Part shown: positions 36,157-47,992 of the stretch, piece after piece
Layout: every line of letters starts with the position of its first letter
How positions within the stretch are numbered: position 1 is the first letter of the stretch
Assembly (NCBI RefSeq): GCF_902713615.1
Contig: NC_052150.1
Span: 176,706,107 to 176,770,106, forward strand
DNA from: Scyliorhinus canicula
Lineage: Eukaryota
Length of the DNA stretch: 64,000 bases
Direction of reading: 5' to 3'
Program-made: the position numbers and the translations under genes
The notes under the pieces: generated by a model
The model's database searches: none
Seen by the model: the letters and a program-made list of their open reading frames with translations, nothing else
What the model was told of the DNA's origin: nothing

Positions 36157-38110
36157 TGGCAGAAAGACACCACGCTTCGCGAAGGGAGCCCTCAGCAATC
36201 TTCTGGAAGGGGTCCAGCAGAGGCGGGAGACCCTCTACCCTCGATCGAGCAGATGTCCTGCCAGCAAGTTGACCAAACCCACCTGGAAGGCTGTGGTTGT
36301 GATAGTGAGCACCAGCTCGTTCCATTAGAGAATGGGGCTGCAGTGCCAGAAGACGACGAATGACCTTCTCTGTGCAATCAGCGTAAGTCTTCTCCTTATG
36401 TCTCTCTCAGCACCTGTTAACTCCTCACATCTCGGGGCAGCACGGTGGCCTAGTGGTTAGCACAATCGCCTCACGGCGCTCAGGTCCCAGGTTCGATCCC
36501 GGCTCTGGGTCACTGTCCGTGTGGAGTTTGCACATTCTCCCCGTGTCTGCTTGGTTTCGCCCCCACAACCCAAAAATGTGCAGAGTAGGTGGATTGGCCA
36601 CGCTAAATTGCCCCTTAATTGGAAAAAATAATTGGGTAATCTAAATTTATTAAAAAAAAACTCCTCACATCTCCACAGTGATCTCACTCCCATCCACCTC
36701 ACGGGTGTCACAGCCCTGGTCATGCTGCCACTCCTCATAATCCCCCGGTATCTCCTCTGCCACTCACATCCCTGTTCCCATTCACCTCCCATATATGACG
36801 GTATTCATTGCCATCTGACCTGGCACCAATCCTGTCTACACTCTCCCCATCTGTCTCATTGCAGGACAACCTTGTGCAGAAGCAGCGTGAGTGGCACAGC
36901 CAGCTAGAGTGATGCCGGAGCTGAAGACCCTTACCCCTTTGAGGAATGAGCCCCTGAACGTGACAGTGAGGAGCAGGACTGCACCAGTGCAGAGGACCAG
37001 CTGGGGGCAACAGACACGGTTGAAAACCCTCAACGCATTTAGCCTCAGGTGAGTTCCTTTTTCCTATCAGTGTTCCCCAGACCTTCACTAATGCCATCTC
37101 ACTTCCATTACATGTCCATTGACACAGCAGCCAGGACCATTCTTACGACCCTGGACACCACAGACCCGAGCAGCTCCGAGGGAGGCATCTTGGAGACCAG
37201 CATTGAAAAGGCATCACACCTGTCACCCTAACTCTCCACCACCACCTCAGTGGAATTCAGTAGTAGGCTGGTGAGCACCTCAACAGTTGAAGATCCACAG
37301 CAGGCAGAGGCAGGGACGTCCCAGGAATCCGGAACTTGGAGGGATGCCAGGTGTCCAGGATTCTGCTGAGCTCCGGTCCGATGATGTGCCCCTGGGATCA
37401 ATTGTCCCAGAGCAGCTGGAGCTACAAAGGCAGAGTTGTGAATATCAGGAGGGAATGACAGCAACCCTCTTTGGACTGCAATGTCAACTCGAGGAGTCCC
37501 ATCACCTTCGGCCTGAGGAGATGTTGCCGTCAGTACAATGCAGTAAGGCCAATACTGCGAGGGTGGTGTCTGCAGTGGAGACCTTGCTGCAGGACATGCG
37601 CTCCATGGTGAGGGATGTCAGATCCATGGTTCAGCTCATGTCCTCCATGGCTGAGGGCTTGAACACCATGGTGTCAGGCTTCAGCTGCATGGTGCAGACA
37701 CTAATGGGAATCCACGCAAACCAATTCCAGAGGAGAGCGGGGCTTTTGAATCTCAGTCCAGCTGCCCGTCCATCCCATGGAGGAGCCCAGGGCCCCCCGT
37801 GTACCCATAGGGAAGAAGGTCAGCAGGTGTGCAGCCTGGGGCCAGGAGACTCGGGGAGGGGGGGGTGTCTGGCCCATCTGAAACCCCCTTACCTGGGAGC
37901 GACACACCTCCAGCCCTGCACACCGAGGAAGGCAGCACTGCAGTACCGTGCTCTCACAAGAAATCCTGAGCCTTCAAGGTCCCGACACCCTCAAGTGTAC
38001 ACCAGCCAAGGCCATCTCAGGCAATAGGGCATGGAAGTCTACCTCACCCTCACTGTGGACCCCGGGGATACACCTAGATGCAATGGGAGTGTGAGGAAGG
38101 CTGAGAAATA
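36157..38110 (+). pseudogene. Harbinger Myb/SANT (MSANTD/NAIF1-like) DNA-binding gene, three exons, decayed
   Basis: Exon 1 RKTPRFAKGALSNLLEGVQQRRETLYP...W...QCQKTTNDL|GTAAGT (about 36382); exon 2 from TTGCAG| (about 36865) with PELKTLTPFEE to CAG|GTGAGT (37048); exon 3 from about 37128 with a coiled-coil ORF at 37287-38027. Confidence 0.8.
36434..36660 (+). mobile_element. Short HE1-derived V-SINE with poly(A) tail and long TSD
   Basis: TSD CTCCTCACATCTC at 36421-36433 and 36661-36673; lacks the CR1 tail. Confidence 0.92.
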
Positions 38111-38256
38111 TTAGGTACATAGTGGGAACGGGTGAACCTAGGCTCTTGTGGAGATACATCACCAGTGTAATAACACTTTTTTTTAAAATAACTACGTCGA
38201 TCACCCATTTAGTGCCCCCTGCTCTAATGTACCGCCAACCCCTGCGCAAACGCAGC

Positions 38257-39731
38257 GCCTCCTCCCTCAACACTGAGAGAATGGTAGCGTCCTCCCTCAG
38301 CACTGACAGAATGGTAGCATCCTCTCTCGATACTGAGATAATGGTAGCGTCCTCCCTCAGCACAGAGAGGATGGTAGCATCCTCCCTCAGCACAGAGAGG
38401 ATGGTAGTGTCCTCCCTCAGCACTGAGAGAATGGTAGCGTCCTCCCGCAGCACGGAGAGAATGGTAGCGTCCTCCCTCAGCACAGAGAGGATGGTAGCAT
38501 CCTCCCTCAGCACAGAGAGGATGGTAGCGTCCTCCCTCAGCACTGAGAGAATGGTAGCGTCCTCCCTCAGCACAGAGAGGATGGTAGCATCCTCCCTCAG
38601 CACAGAGAGGATGGTAGCGTCCTCCCTCAGCACTGAGAGAATGGTAGCGTCCTCCCTCAGCACAGAGAGGATGGTAGCATCCTCCCTCAGCACAGAGAGG
38701 ATGGTAGCGTCCTCCCTCAGCACTGAGAGAATGGTAGCATCCTCCCTCAGCACTGACAGAATGGTAGCGTTCTCCCTCAGCACTGAGATAATGGTAGCGT
38801 CCTCCCTCAGCACTGAGAGAATGGTGGCGTCCTCCCTCAACACTGACAGAATGGTAGCGTCCTCTCTCAACACTGAGAGAATGGTAGCTTCCTCCCTCAG
38901 CATTGAGATAATGATAGCGTCCTCCCTCAGTACTGAGAGAATGGTAGCGTCCTCCCTCAGCACTGAGAGAATGGTAGCGTCCTCCCTCAGCACAGAGAGG
39001 ATGGTAGCGTTCTCCCTCAGCACTGAGATAATGGTAGCGTCCTCCCTCAGCACTGACAGAATGGTAGCGTCCTCTCTCAACACTGACAGAATGGTAGCGT
39101 CCTCTCTCAACACTGAGAGAATGGTAGCTTCCTCCCTCAGCATTGAGATAATGGTAGCATCCTCCCTCAGCATTGAGATAATGGTAGAATCCTCCCTCAG
39201 CACTGAGAGGATGGTAGCGTCCTCCCTCAGCACTGACAGAATGGTAGTGTCCTCCCTCAGCACAGAGAGGATGGTAGCATCCTCCGTCAGCACTGAGATA
39301 ATGATAGCGTCCTCCCTCAGTACTGAGAGGCTGGTAGCGTCCTCCCTCAGCACTGAGAGAATGGTGGCGTCCTCCCTCAACACTGAGATAATGATAGCGT
39401 CCTCCCTCAGTACTGAGAGGCTGGTAGCGTCCTCCCTCAGCACTGAGATAATGGTAGCGTCCTCCCTCAGAACTGAGAGAATGGTAGCGTCCTCTCTCAA
39501 CACTGAGAGAATGGTAGCATCCTCCGTCAGCATTGAGATAATGGTAGCATCCTCCCTCAGCACTGAGAGGATGGTAGCATCCTCCCTCAGCACTGACAGA
39601 ATGGTAGCGTCCTCCCTCAGCACCGAGAGAATGGTAGGGTCCTCCCTCAGCACTGACAGAATGGTAGCGTCCTCCCTTAGCACTGAGATAATGGTAGCAT
39701 CCTCCGTCAGCACTGAGATAATGGTAGCGTC
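38257..39731. repeat. 30-bp tandem array (minisatellite), about 49 units
   Basis: Consensus ATGGTAGCGTCCTCCCTCAGCACTGAGAGA; no indels across the array. Confidence 0.98.
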
Positions 39732-40115
39732 TGTCATAATATACACCAATATATCATGCTGCAGACGCACACTGATGGACACACACAGGGACCAATCAAC
39801 ATGTACAAACACCGCAGCCAATCACCAGTTAGAATACATACACTATAAAGGCAGAGGGCACCAGGGTTCCCGCTCATTCTGGGTGCTGCCTCTCAGTGTA
39901 ACAGGAACTCATCCAGCCCAACATAGAATCACAACACGTGCTGAGAGAATCAATTGGTTCGGACAAGGCTTAGGTCTCTAGTTTAAGTTAGCATCATTTA
40001 GACCCACAGTCATCGTGTGTTAGTTAGTTAGAACTAGTTAATTAAATGGAGTTGAACCTTCATCAATGTTGGAAGTGTCTGTTCATCTCTCAAGTCAACA
40101 CTAGCCAACACTTCA
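39732..40115 (+). mobile_element. 5' LTR of a Gypsy retrotransposon
   Basis: TGTCAT...CTTCA; CCAAT boxes, TATAAA at 39844 and ATTAAA near 40041; directly followed by a PBS. Confidence 0.85.
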
Positions 40116-40128
40116 TGGTACCAGAAGT
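40116..40128 (+). promoter_or_regulatory. Primer binding site, probably tRNA-Leu(UAA)
   Basis: TGGTACCAGAAGT immediately 3' of the LTR, complementary to a ...ACUUCUGGUACCA tRNA end. Confidence 0.7.
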
Positions 40129-40201
40129 TGAGGGATGCTCGCAGTTCTGAGACCTACCCTTCAGTGATCTGCCTGCCACCAGTCTTGCGCCATCCTACAG
40201 A

Positions 40202-41372
40202 ATGGACTCCGTTCGCCCGCCGCCGCCACTCCGCATTGCAGGGAATCTGGGCTCCAACTGGAAACTTTTCAAACAGCGCTTCCAGCTGTACCTCGAAGCC
40301 AGGGACCTGGAAGCTGCCTCGGACGCACGTAAGATTGCTCTCATCCTCTTCACAGCCAGTGACAATGCTCTGCACATTTACAACACACTCACCTTCGATG
40401 AGGGGGAGGACAAATCGAAGTTCAAGACCATAATTCTGAAGTTCGACAGCCACTGCGCGGTCAAGGTCAATGAGAGCTTTGAGAGATACATGTTTCAGCA
40501 GCGAATTCAGGGTAAGGACGAGCCTTTCCAGTCCTTCATTACCCACCTTCGCAACTACGGGTCCACCTCTGACTCCATGCTCCGTGACCAGATTGTTTTG
40601 GGTTTTCCAACTGAGCCCCTGCGCCAGCAGCCACTAAAAGTAAAGCAGCTCACTCTCTCCATGGCCATTGAGATCTGTGTACTTCATGAACATGCCTCCA
40701 CGCGTTACTCCTACATCCAAGCTGCTGAAACGGCGCGGCAAGCCCCTTACGAGGCAGAACGAGTCCAAATGGTTAAATCTTTTCATGCTCTGGATCTGAA
40801 CAATGGCGGCCATTGGATCACCCCGCGCATGCGCGGTGGCTAGACGAATGTCCCGACGCTCCGGCGTGCGGCAACTGCGGCTCTGCCCACTTAAAGCAGC
40901 AATGCCCCGCGAAGTCCCGACGCTGCCTGCAGTGTGGCAAACGAGGCCACTACGCTACAATGTGCAGATCTTCCATGCCTGCTGTTTTTCGAAGGTCCGC
41001 TCAGCCCCACAGAGATGTCAGGGCTATCCAGCCTGCCATCAATGAACCTACTCCAGACCTTGATTCCGACTGTGCCTGCAATGACCCACAGGTCCCGTTC
41101 CAAATCGGAGTTGTTACTACTAACAGGATGTCCCCCAAGCGTGGCACTGAACCTGTCCACGTCCACAGCGTCAGCAAGGATGATGAGTGGTGTGCCACCC
41201 TTACGGTCAATCGGTCCCTTGTCAGGTTCCGCGTGGAAACTGGCGCTTCTGCCAATCTCATTGCGTTGTCTGATTTTCGCAAGCTCTGCGTACAGCCTGC
41301 TGTCCTGCCAACTGCGTGTAAATTGCTGGACTACAATGGCAATGCCATAGTCGCCAGTGGGTCCTGCCGCCT
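40202..41372 (+). pseudogene. Gypsy (Mag-like) gag-protease, frameshifted and truncated before RT
   Basis: NWKLFKQRFQLYL...LRDQIVLG (gag); zinc knuckles CGNCGSAH....C and CLQCGKRGHYATMC; protease VETGASANLI (DTG mutated to ETG). Confidence 0.92.
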
Positions 41373-41407
41373 TGACTGTAAGCAGTCACAAGATACAAAA
41401 ACCATCA

Positions 41408-41408
41408 G

Positions 41409-41439
<31 letters not shown>

Positions 41440-41440
41440 A
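41408..41440. repeat. (CA)n microsatellite
   Basis: Directly visible. Confidence 0.9.
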
Positions 41441-44400
41441 ACCAGCCCCTGTCCCCAATGGCAGCCCCACATCGACGGAAAGGTGCCCAACGAGCAGCAC
41501 AGACCATCGGGAAAGGACCGATATAGGGCACAGTGTGCGAGAGAGAGAGAGGGAAAACTCCTCCTCTCCTACAAAGGGGCCACAGTTCATTCCAAACAAC
41601 AGTTCCTTTAAACAGGCTACAAGCTACTAAACCAGCATACGGCCACTTCTCTCATTCTACCCCTCCCCCCAGTGGTAGTCCCACATCAGTGGAAAGGCTC
41701 CCAAATGAGCAGCACAGACCACCGGAAAAGGACAAATTAATGCGCTGCCCTAACGGCAGCCTCACATTGGCAGACAGGCACCCAAACGAGTAACGCAGAC
41801 CAGCAGGAAAGGACATACCCATATAGGACATGGCAGAAGAGAGAAGGGGACTTTTACCAAGCCGTACAGAGCATATCAAAAGACAAGGAACAATGGCACC
41901 AGCTGCCGAGGCAGTGCCTCCCCCCTCCCCCAGCTGCAGAGACCCATATCGGTGGAAGGGCACTCCGAGCAGCCCAACTCACCGGAAAAGGTCTCTCTGA
42001 CACAGGGTAATGGAAGAAGGAAAGGGAATATCCCCACCCTCACAAGCATCAGCAGCATGCCCCAGAAGCACCCATAAAAAACAGCAGAAACATAGCAAAG
42101 ACACTAGCCCAGACAGTAGACCAAAAACCCAGCACAAATACACTAACAAGCATACGAGCAAACATTAAACAACAATGTGCAACAGTGCAAAGACACGAGC
42201 TATTAATGCAGCCTTTCAACTCGAACTAAAAACAGTCATTATAACACAAAGTGGCCAACAGCCTTCAAGGAAGTGTCATTACGGCCTCCAAGGTGTCCAG
42301 TTGAGTTGAGCCACCTCCGACCTCCTCCTGTAGTCCCAATGTCCGGTGACCAGCTCCAGCCAGCCCCCAGTCCAGGCCGCAAAACTAGGAGCGGTAGGAA
42401 CAACAGATGGCTTCCAAACATAAAAACTGTAAACAGTCAGCAGTCCAAACAAAAGCAACATCAGATGGTAAATCAGTCCTCCAAACCTCCAGCATGTTGC
42501 AGTTGATCCAGGCCGCCGCCCTTTCTCACCGGCAGCAGAGCACTTGACTTCCTCCCTCTCCTGCAACAAGGCATTGAGATGAACCAGCCAACACCGTTCT
42601 CTCCTCCTTCCTCCAAGAGTCAGCAGCAGTAGCCTATCAAGCAAACAGAAAGGGAGGCATGCAGTTGTTAAATCCAGCCTCAGGCTGAACCCCAGACCAG
42701 GCCAGGCCTTACCAGCAGAATGTCATGTTTGCAAATGCCTATAGGAGTCTCTCAGCAATGGGACGGAGAGCCTCCACAGCCCATGTGTGCTCCCTCCACA
42801 ATCCTTAGTGAGTGTGAGTCTTGGAGTTCAATGATTGTGGGGCGAAGCTCAAAAAGAGTTAACCATTCGGCTCCAATCAGTGGCACATTATTGGCAGTAC
42901 TGACAAAATTGGCATAATTGCCTCAAGGGATCTGATTAGGCAACTGACTCCCTCCTGCGTCCTCTCCGGTGCCCTCTCTCAATTTGACACCTTGGAGGGT
43001 GGTTGCGACCTTGAGCTTTCACTTCTGAAATCCCCTGTGGAGTTGAGGTTGCCAGGTTCCCCTTTACATGCAGCTACTGTTATCGTGCTGGCATGATATT
43101 GTGCTAGCACGCAACGAATATCCAGTGAGGGGGAAGTCCTGGCAGGAGAGTTCAATAATTAAATGTTCATGTATTTAAATGAGATTCCAAACCTTCCTTG
43201 GCAGGAACCTCATCACGTCACCAGCGAGGGCTGTGGAAAATTGGGAAATGCGATCTCGCCGGTGAGAATTGCGTTTCCTGACGGATTGTGCATCCTTGTC
43301 GTCGTTCTCGCTGATGGCTAACGCATATCCACTTTTCTTTCCAAAGGTGGTGCTCAACATCAGCATTTCCAGTTTACATTTTCACTGAGAAGGTAACATT
43401 GTTTTTAACTTGGGCAAGATGATGTATGCAGAGCATGGGATGAGTGTTGATGATATCTGTGCTATTAATGATTGGATTAAGGCACTCATTCCGGGCAAGG
43501 ATATTCCTTACTGTGAAGCCTTGGACATGCCTGTGTTACTGCTAATAGGTCTGACGCAACGGACAACTGAATCACTGTTAGTAGCACCAAGGCAATTGAA
43601 AAGAGAAGGAGATCTGTTAGCAGTGGGCTTTTAAAACAGGGCTTCAATTCTGCTTCTCTTCATGCTTAGCACATTCTTGAATCTGTATTTCTAATGTTAT
43701 CATTGCCAAAAAAATGTAAAATTTTTTCAGACAGGCACATATTTGTGAATGTGTGCATGTGGCACCAGCAGTTATAGTTAATACAAGCTTTAATATTATT
43801 CAGTGTCTCAAGTTTCTGCTGCATAAACTCAATGAACCTATTAATAGGAACATTTAATAACGTGTTCAAAACCACTCCGAATTATTACTAAAAACTTGAC
43901 AATCACAATCACCAATGGGTCTAAAAATACAATGTTGGGGTGGTAATTTTAATTCACATTTGTTTTGAGTTTCAGTTTGCTTCTCTCTTCAAAGTCATCT
44001 TAACGTGTTAAGTGAATCATTGTGAAAATCTGCTCTTCAAAGCAATTGATCCAATATTCACAAAATGTGCACCAGAAATTCAACTCATACTTTTGATGTG
44101 GGCTTCCACAATACATGCACAAATAGGACGCTTTCAAGCACTTTATAGAGCTTCAGACTTCTGAATTTTCCAAAGTTGTTTCAACTTGTATTTATGGAGT
44201 ATTTTTAAAGTGAAGAGCAGCCCCATGGTACTTCACATATCAGCATAAAAAATAGACACTCAGTCAGAAAGGAAGATTTTGTAAGGGGTGATTGAAAGCT
44301 TGGTTGAAGGGATAGTTATGGAGGAGTTTTAAGAAAAAGTATAGAGATGTGGTGGAGATGTAAAGATGTTTAAAGAATGCATTTCAGAGACTAAGAACCA

Positions 44401-44478
44401 AGAGCCTGAAGGCACAGTAACCAACAATGGGGTGAAGGGGGAAAGGTTTGACAAATAGTTGAATTTAAGAGGAATAGA

Positions 44479-45101
44479 GGGCGGGATTCTCTGAAAATGG
44501 GGCTATGTCCCCATGCCAGCGGGAAAACCAGCACCAACAACTCCGGCGTCAACAGCCCCCAAAAGTGAGGAATTCTCCAATTTCTCGGGGGCTAGGTTGC
44601 TGCCAGAGTGATTCCCGCAGCTCCAGCCGGCGCCAAAGTGCCGGCCAGAGTTCGCGCATGCGGGCAATATGGCAGAGCCCTACAGGGTGCGGAGGAAAGA
44701 AGGCCCCCATAGTACCAACCCACCCGCAGATCGATTGGCCCTAATCGTGGGCCAGGCCACCGTGGGGGACCTACCCTGGACCGGATCTCCCCCCCCCACC
44801 CCACCACCCCACCCCTAGGACCGCCCCTGCATATTTACCTGCCAGATCCCGCCGTATGTGAGGTGAGTAATCCACACCGACGGGCCTGGGCAAAACTTTA
44901 TGGCCACTCGGCCCATCGGGGCCCGGAGAATCACCCAGGGGGGACGCTGTAAACAGCCCCCGACCGGCGTGGCGGGAATCCCGCCGGCCCCCGAAAAACG
45001 GCGCTGGAGGATTGGGCAGCCGGCGTCGGGGCAGTGGGGAGGGATTCATGCCTCCCCCCAGGGGATTCTCCGCCCCGGTGCAGGGTCGGAGAATCCCAGC
45101 C
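44479..45101. mobile_element. PIF/Harbinger-type MITE
   Basis: TIRs GGGCGGGATTCTC and GAGAATCCCAGCC; TSD AGA. Confidence 0.88.
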
Positions 45102-45325
45102 AGAGTGTTTAGAAGGAAGGTTGTAAGGTGGAAAAAGATCGTAAGGTAGGTTAAGATCATGAAGGGATTTAAAGACATGGACAACAATGTCAATTTTAAG
45201 ATGTCGGGGACAGGGAGCAAGTGTGAGTCAGCATGTGTCTGGGTGATGGGGAGCAAGATTTAATGGAGGGTAAGTTAGGAGAACTGTGAACAAATTGAAA
45301 TTTGTGGATAGAAGATGGAAGGCCA

Positions 45326-45408
45326 TGCACTGAACTACGTGTACATTTGTATTTGTATTGTTTATTGTTATAACATCATAAATGCCTTAATAAAATGTTT
45401 TTTAAAAA
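45326..45408 (+). mobile_element. 83-bp polyadenylated retroposed insert (L1-type 3' end)
   Basis: AATAAA and A tail; 14-bp TSD AAGATGGAAGGCCA. Confidence 0.8.
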
Positions 45409-46689
45409 AAGATGGAAGGCCAAAAAAGGGAACATTGGAGCAGTTGAGTCTGGAAGTGGTGAATGCATGCATGAGGGTTTTAGTAAGGAAAGGGCTACAG
45501 TATGGACAAAGGTGGCATTATAAAGAATGTTGTAGCCTAACTTTATCATGGAAAGGATATAGGATCTTCTTTGAGAAGCGGTACACCAGGCATCATGATT
45601 GCGAATGGTCTGCATCTGATGACAGTGACCAAGAGAGAAGATGGAGTAAGTGGTGGGAGCCGATAAGAATGGCTTTGTTTTTCCCATTTTGAGCTGGAAG
45701 AAGTGGCTTGTGACTCATTGGGGACTGGATGCCCGTGGGTAAGTTGTTTGATAGCACAGAGCAGTTGAGGGACTGAGAGAGATGGTGCAGTGATAAAGCT
45801 CAGTGTTGTCATGTGGAAGCTAATTCCATGGTCAGGCTTTTAAGGATAACAGGGCTTCTGCAGTCTGGAATTTCCTCTCTAAACAGTGTCACTTGTGGCT
45901 CAATGGGCAAAATAGCAGGTTAAAATTGGGAAGACAGCAGGGTTAGAGTGGGCAAGTGACTGGCTACATTTTAACTGCCTCCCTCATCTGGTTTCCACCA
46001 GGCAGGAGAATTAAAATCAGGACCTTGCTGCTTATGCACAATGCCAATTCTGATGAAGCATGATTAATCTATCATGGACTTTTGTGAAACCATTTTTATT
46101 TTATATTTATACCCTGTATTATCTGCTTTGATGGCTAGCACAGGCAAAATAGGCCAAATGTCCTCCCATGCTGTAAATTCCTATGAGCAGGTTGCGTAAA
46201 GTTGGAGTAGTCATGTTTCAATTGCAGGTACTGTGCAATCACCATCAGAATTATACTTTGTGCACTTTACTGGATATGTACATCTTTTTCAGTTGATTTG
46301 CAGCACACTGTTTGACAGTGCCAGTACTTAATGGACGTACACTTAAATACTCCCAGCCCTCTAGGGAACTGCATTTTTGCCTTGTGGTTGTTCCTGTTTG
46401 GAAATTTTGAAAAGAAAATAAATGTTCCAGCCTTGCAGTTCAGCCGGTGACTATGATAGTTTAGACCCTGGTACAGCAATCTCTTCGATGCCTTAAAAAA
46501 AACCAGTTACATAAAACATTTAAAGCAGTTTTAACAGCCACATAGATATTGATGTTGGTTCAATGCCTGTGAACATATAAGTTTTTACTAATAGGTCTTA
46601 TGTATAAGTAAGGATTATTTTGTGGTCTGGATCTTTGTTTTGCAAGATAAAAATAAAGGATGCAGTGTTAGCTCTTGATACAGGTGGGT

Positions 46690-46925
46690 GTGCAGCAACT
46701 CTCTCTGTGTCAGCGTGGGTTTCCTCCGGCTGCTCCAGTTTCCTCTATCAGTCCGAAGATGTGCAGGATAGATGGACTAACCATGGTAAAATTGCCCCTT
46801 AGTGACAAAAGATGTGCACGCTAGATCGGGTTACGGGGGAGTGGGTCTCGGTGGTGTGCTCTTTCAGAAGGTTGTTGCAGACTTAACGGGCTGAATGGCC
46901 CCCTTCTGCACTATAGGAATTCTAT
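46690..46925 (+). mobile_element. 5'-truncated HE1-type V-SINE
   Basis: V core and CR1-type tail. Confidence 0.85.
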
Positions 46926-47992
46926 GGTGCTATAATTCCTTGCAGGCCATGCTCTACTGACCTTTCAATTTGAATAGCTGCAGGTATAAGAAGAGCTTTC
47001 CCAAAGTAATTGGCCTGTATCATACTTGACTGTGGAGCACAATATCCAATAGGACAGCACCGCAGATTACCATAAAAGGCATGGCTGTGATTGTCACTGA
47101 AAAATAGATTAATTGTTAACAATGCCATGGAGGAAACGTGGGCAACGCTGCTTTATTTGTTGTATTCAAATTGCAATCCCCACTTGTGGAGATACACCAA
47201 ATGATTGCGGCCCTATCTGGGGCTACAGGTCACCCTCCAATAAAAGCACAGGTGTGAGGATAGCGTGAACCAACATAGCTTCGCTAACACACATACCCAC
47301 TGGAAAATAAGGTACGGTTTCCATAAGAACAAGGAAAAATAAATAAACTTGCTCCTCTTTGCATATTTCTTGTGGGATTCATCAAACGTCGTACAAACAT
47401 AAGTTGTGAAATTTCCCACCCACTGTCAGGTACCATTTTAGGAATCAGTGTTCAACTTAGGCCCTTTTACACATCCTCTTTCATTGTCCCTAACTGGCCT
47501 GGTATGTGTTTCTTGAAGATAAAGGCAGCAGCTGGGGATCATTAAACAGATGCTGCATGAGCTGTTCCTCTGAATCATACAATCATAGAATGGTTACAAC
47601 ACTAAAGGAGGCCCTTCGACTTGTCATGTCTATGCTGGCTTTCTAATGGAGCAATTCACCTAGTGCTAGACCCCATCTTCACCCAGGAGCCCTGCACATT
47701 CTTCCTTTTCAGGTCATAATCCAATTTCTTCTTGAATGCCTTAAATGGACCTGCCTCTAACACATTCTCAGTCGGTGCATTCTAAATCCTAAGCACTTTC
47801 TGCATTAAAATATTTCCCCCCGTATCCCCATTGCTTCTTTTGCCAATTGCCTGAAATCTGTGCCCCCCCCCCCCCCCCCCCCCCGACTCTCGATCCTTCC
47901 ACCAATAGGAACCATTTTTCTCCATCTACACTCTATAGGCACCTCATGATTTTGAATACCTCTGCCTAATCTCCTCTCAACTTTCTCTTCTC

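Larger units (their letters stand above)
35915..38250 (+). mobile_element. Harbinger element, left part, carrying the Myb/SANT-like gene
   Basis: TIR-like GGGCGGAATTTT at 35915; Myb-like exons downstream. Confidence 0.75.

Noticed and set aside
38257-39731. CRISPR-like array or tandem hammerheads
   Set aside because: No unique spacers and no cas genes in a eukaryotic context; the units lack the CUGANGA...GAAA core on either strand
37974-39981. 615-aa and 619-aa ORFs as genuine genes
   Set aside because: Both arise from a stop-free 30-bp repeat, use non-ATG starts and run into flanking TE sequence
43410-43634. 74-aa ORF in unique sequence
   Set aside because: Non-ATG start call, no recognisable motif and no splice support
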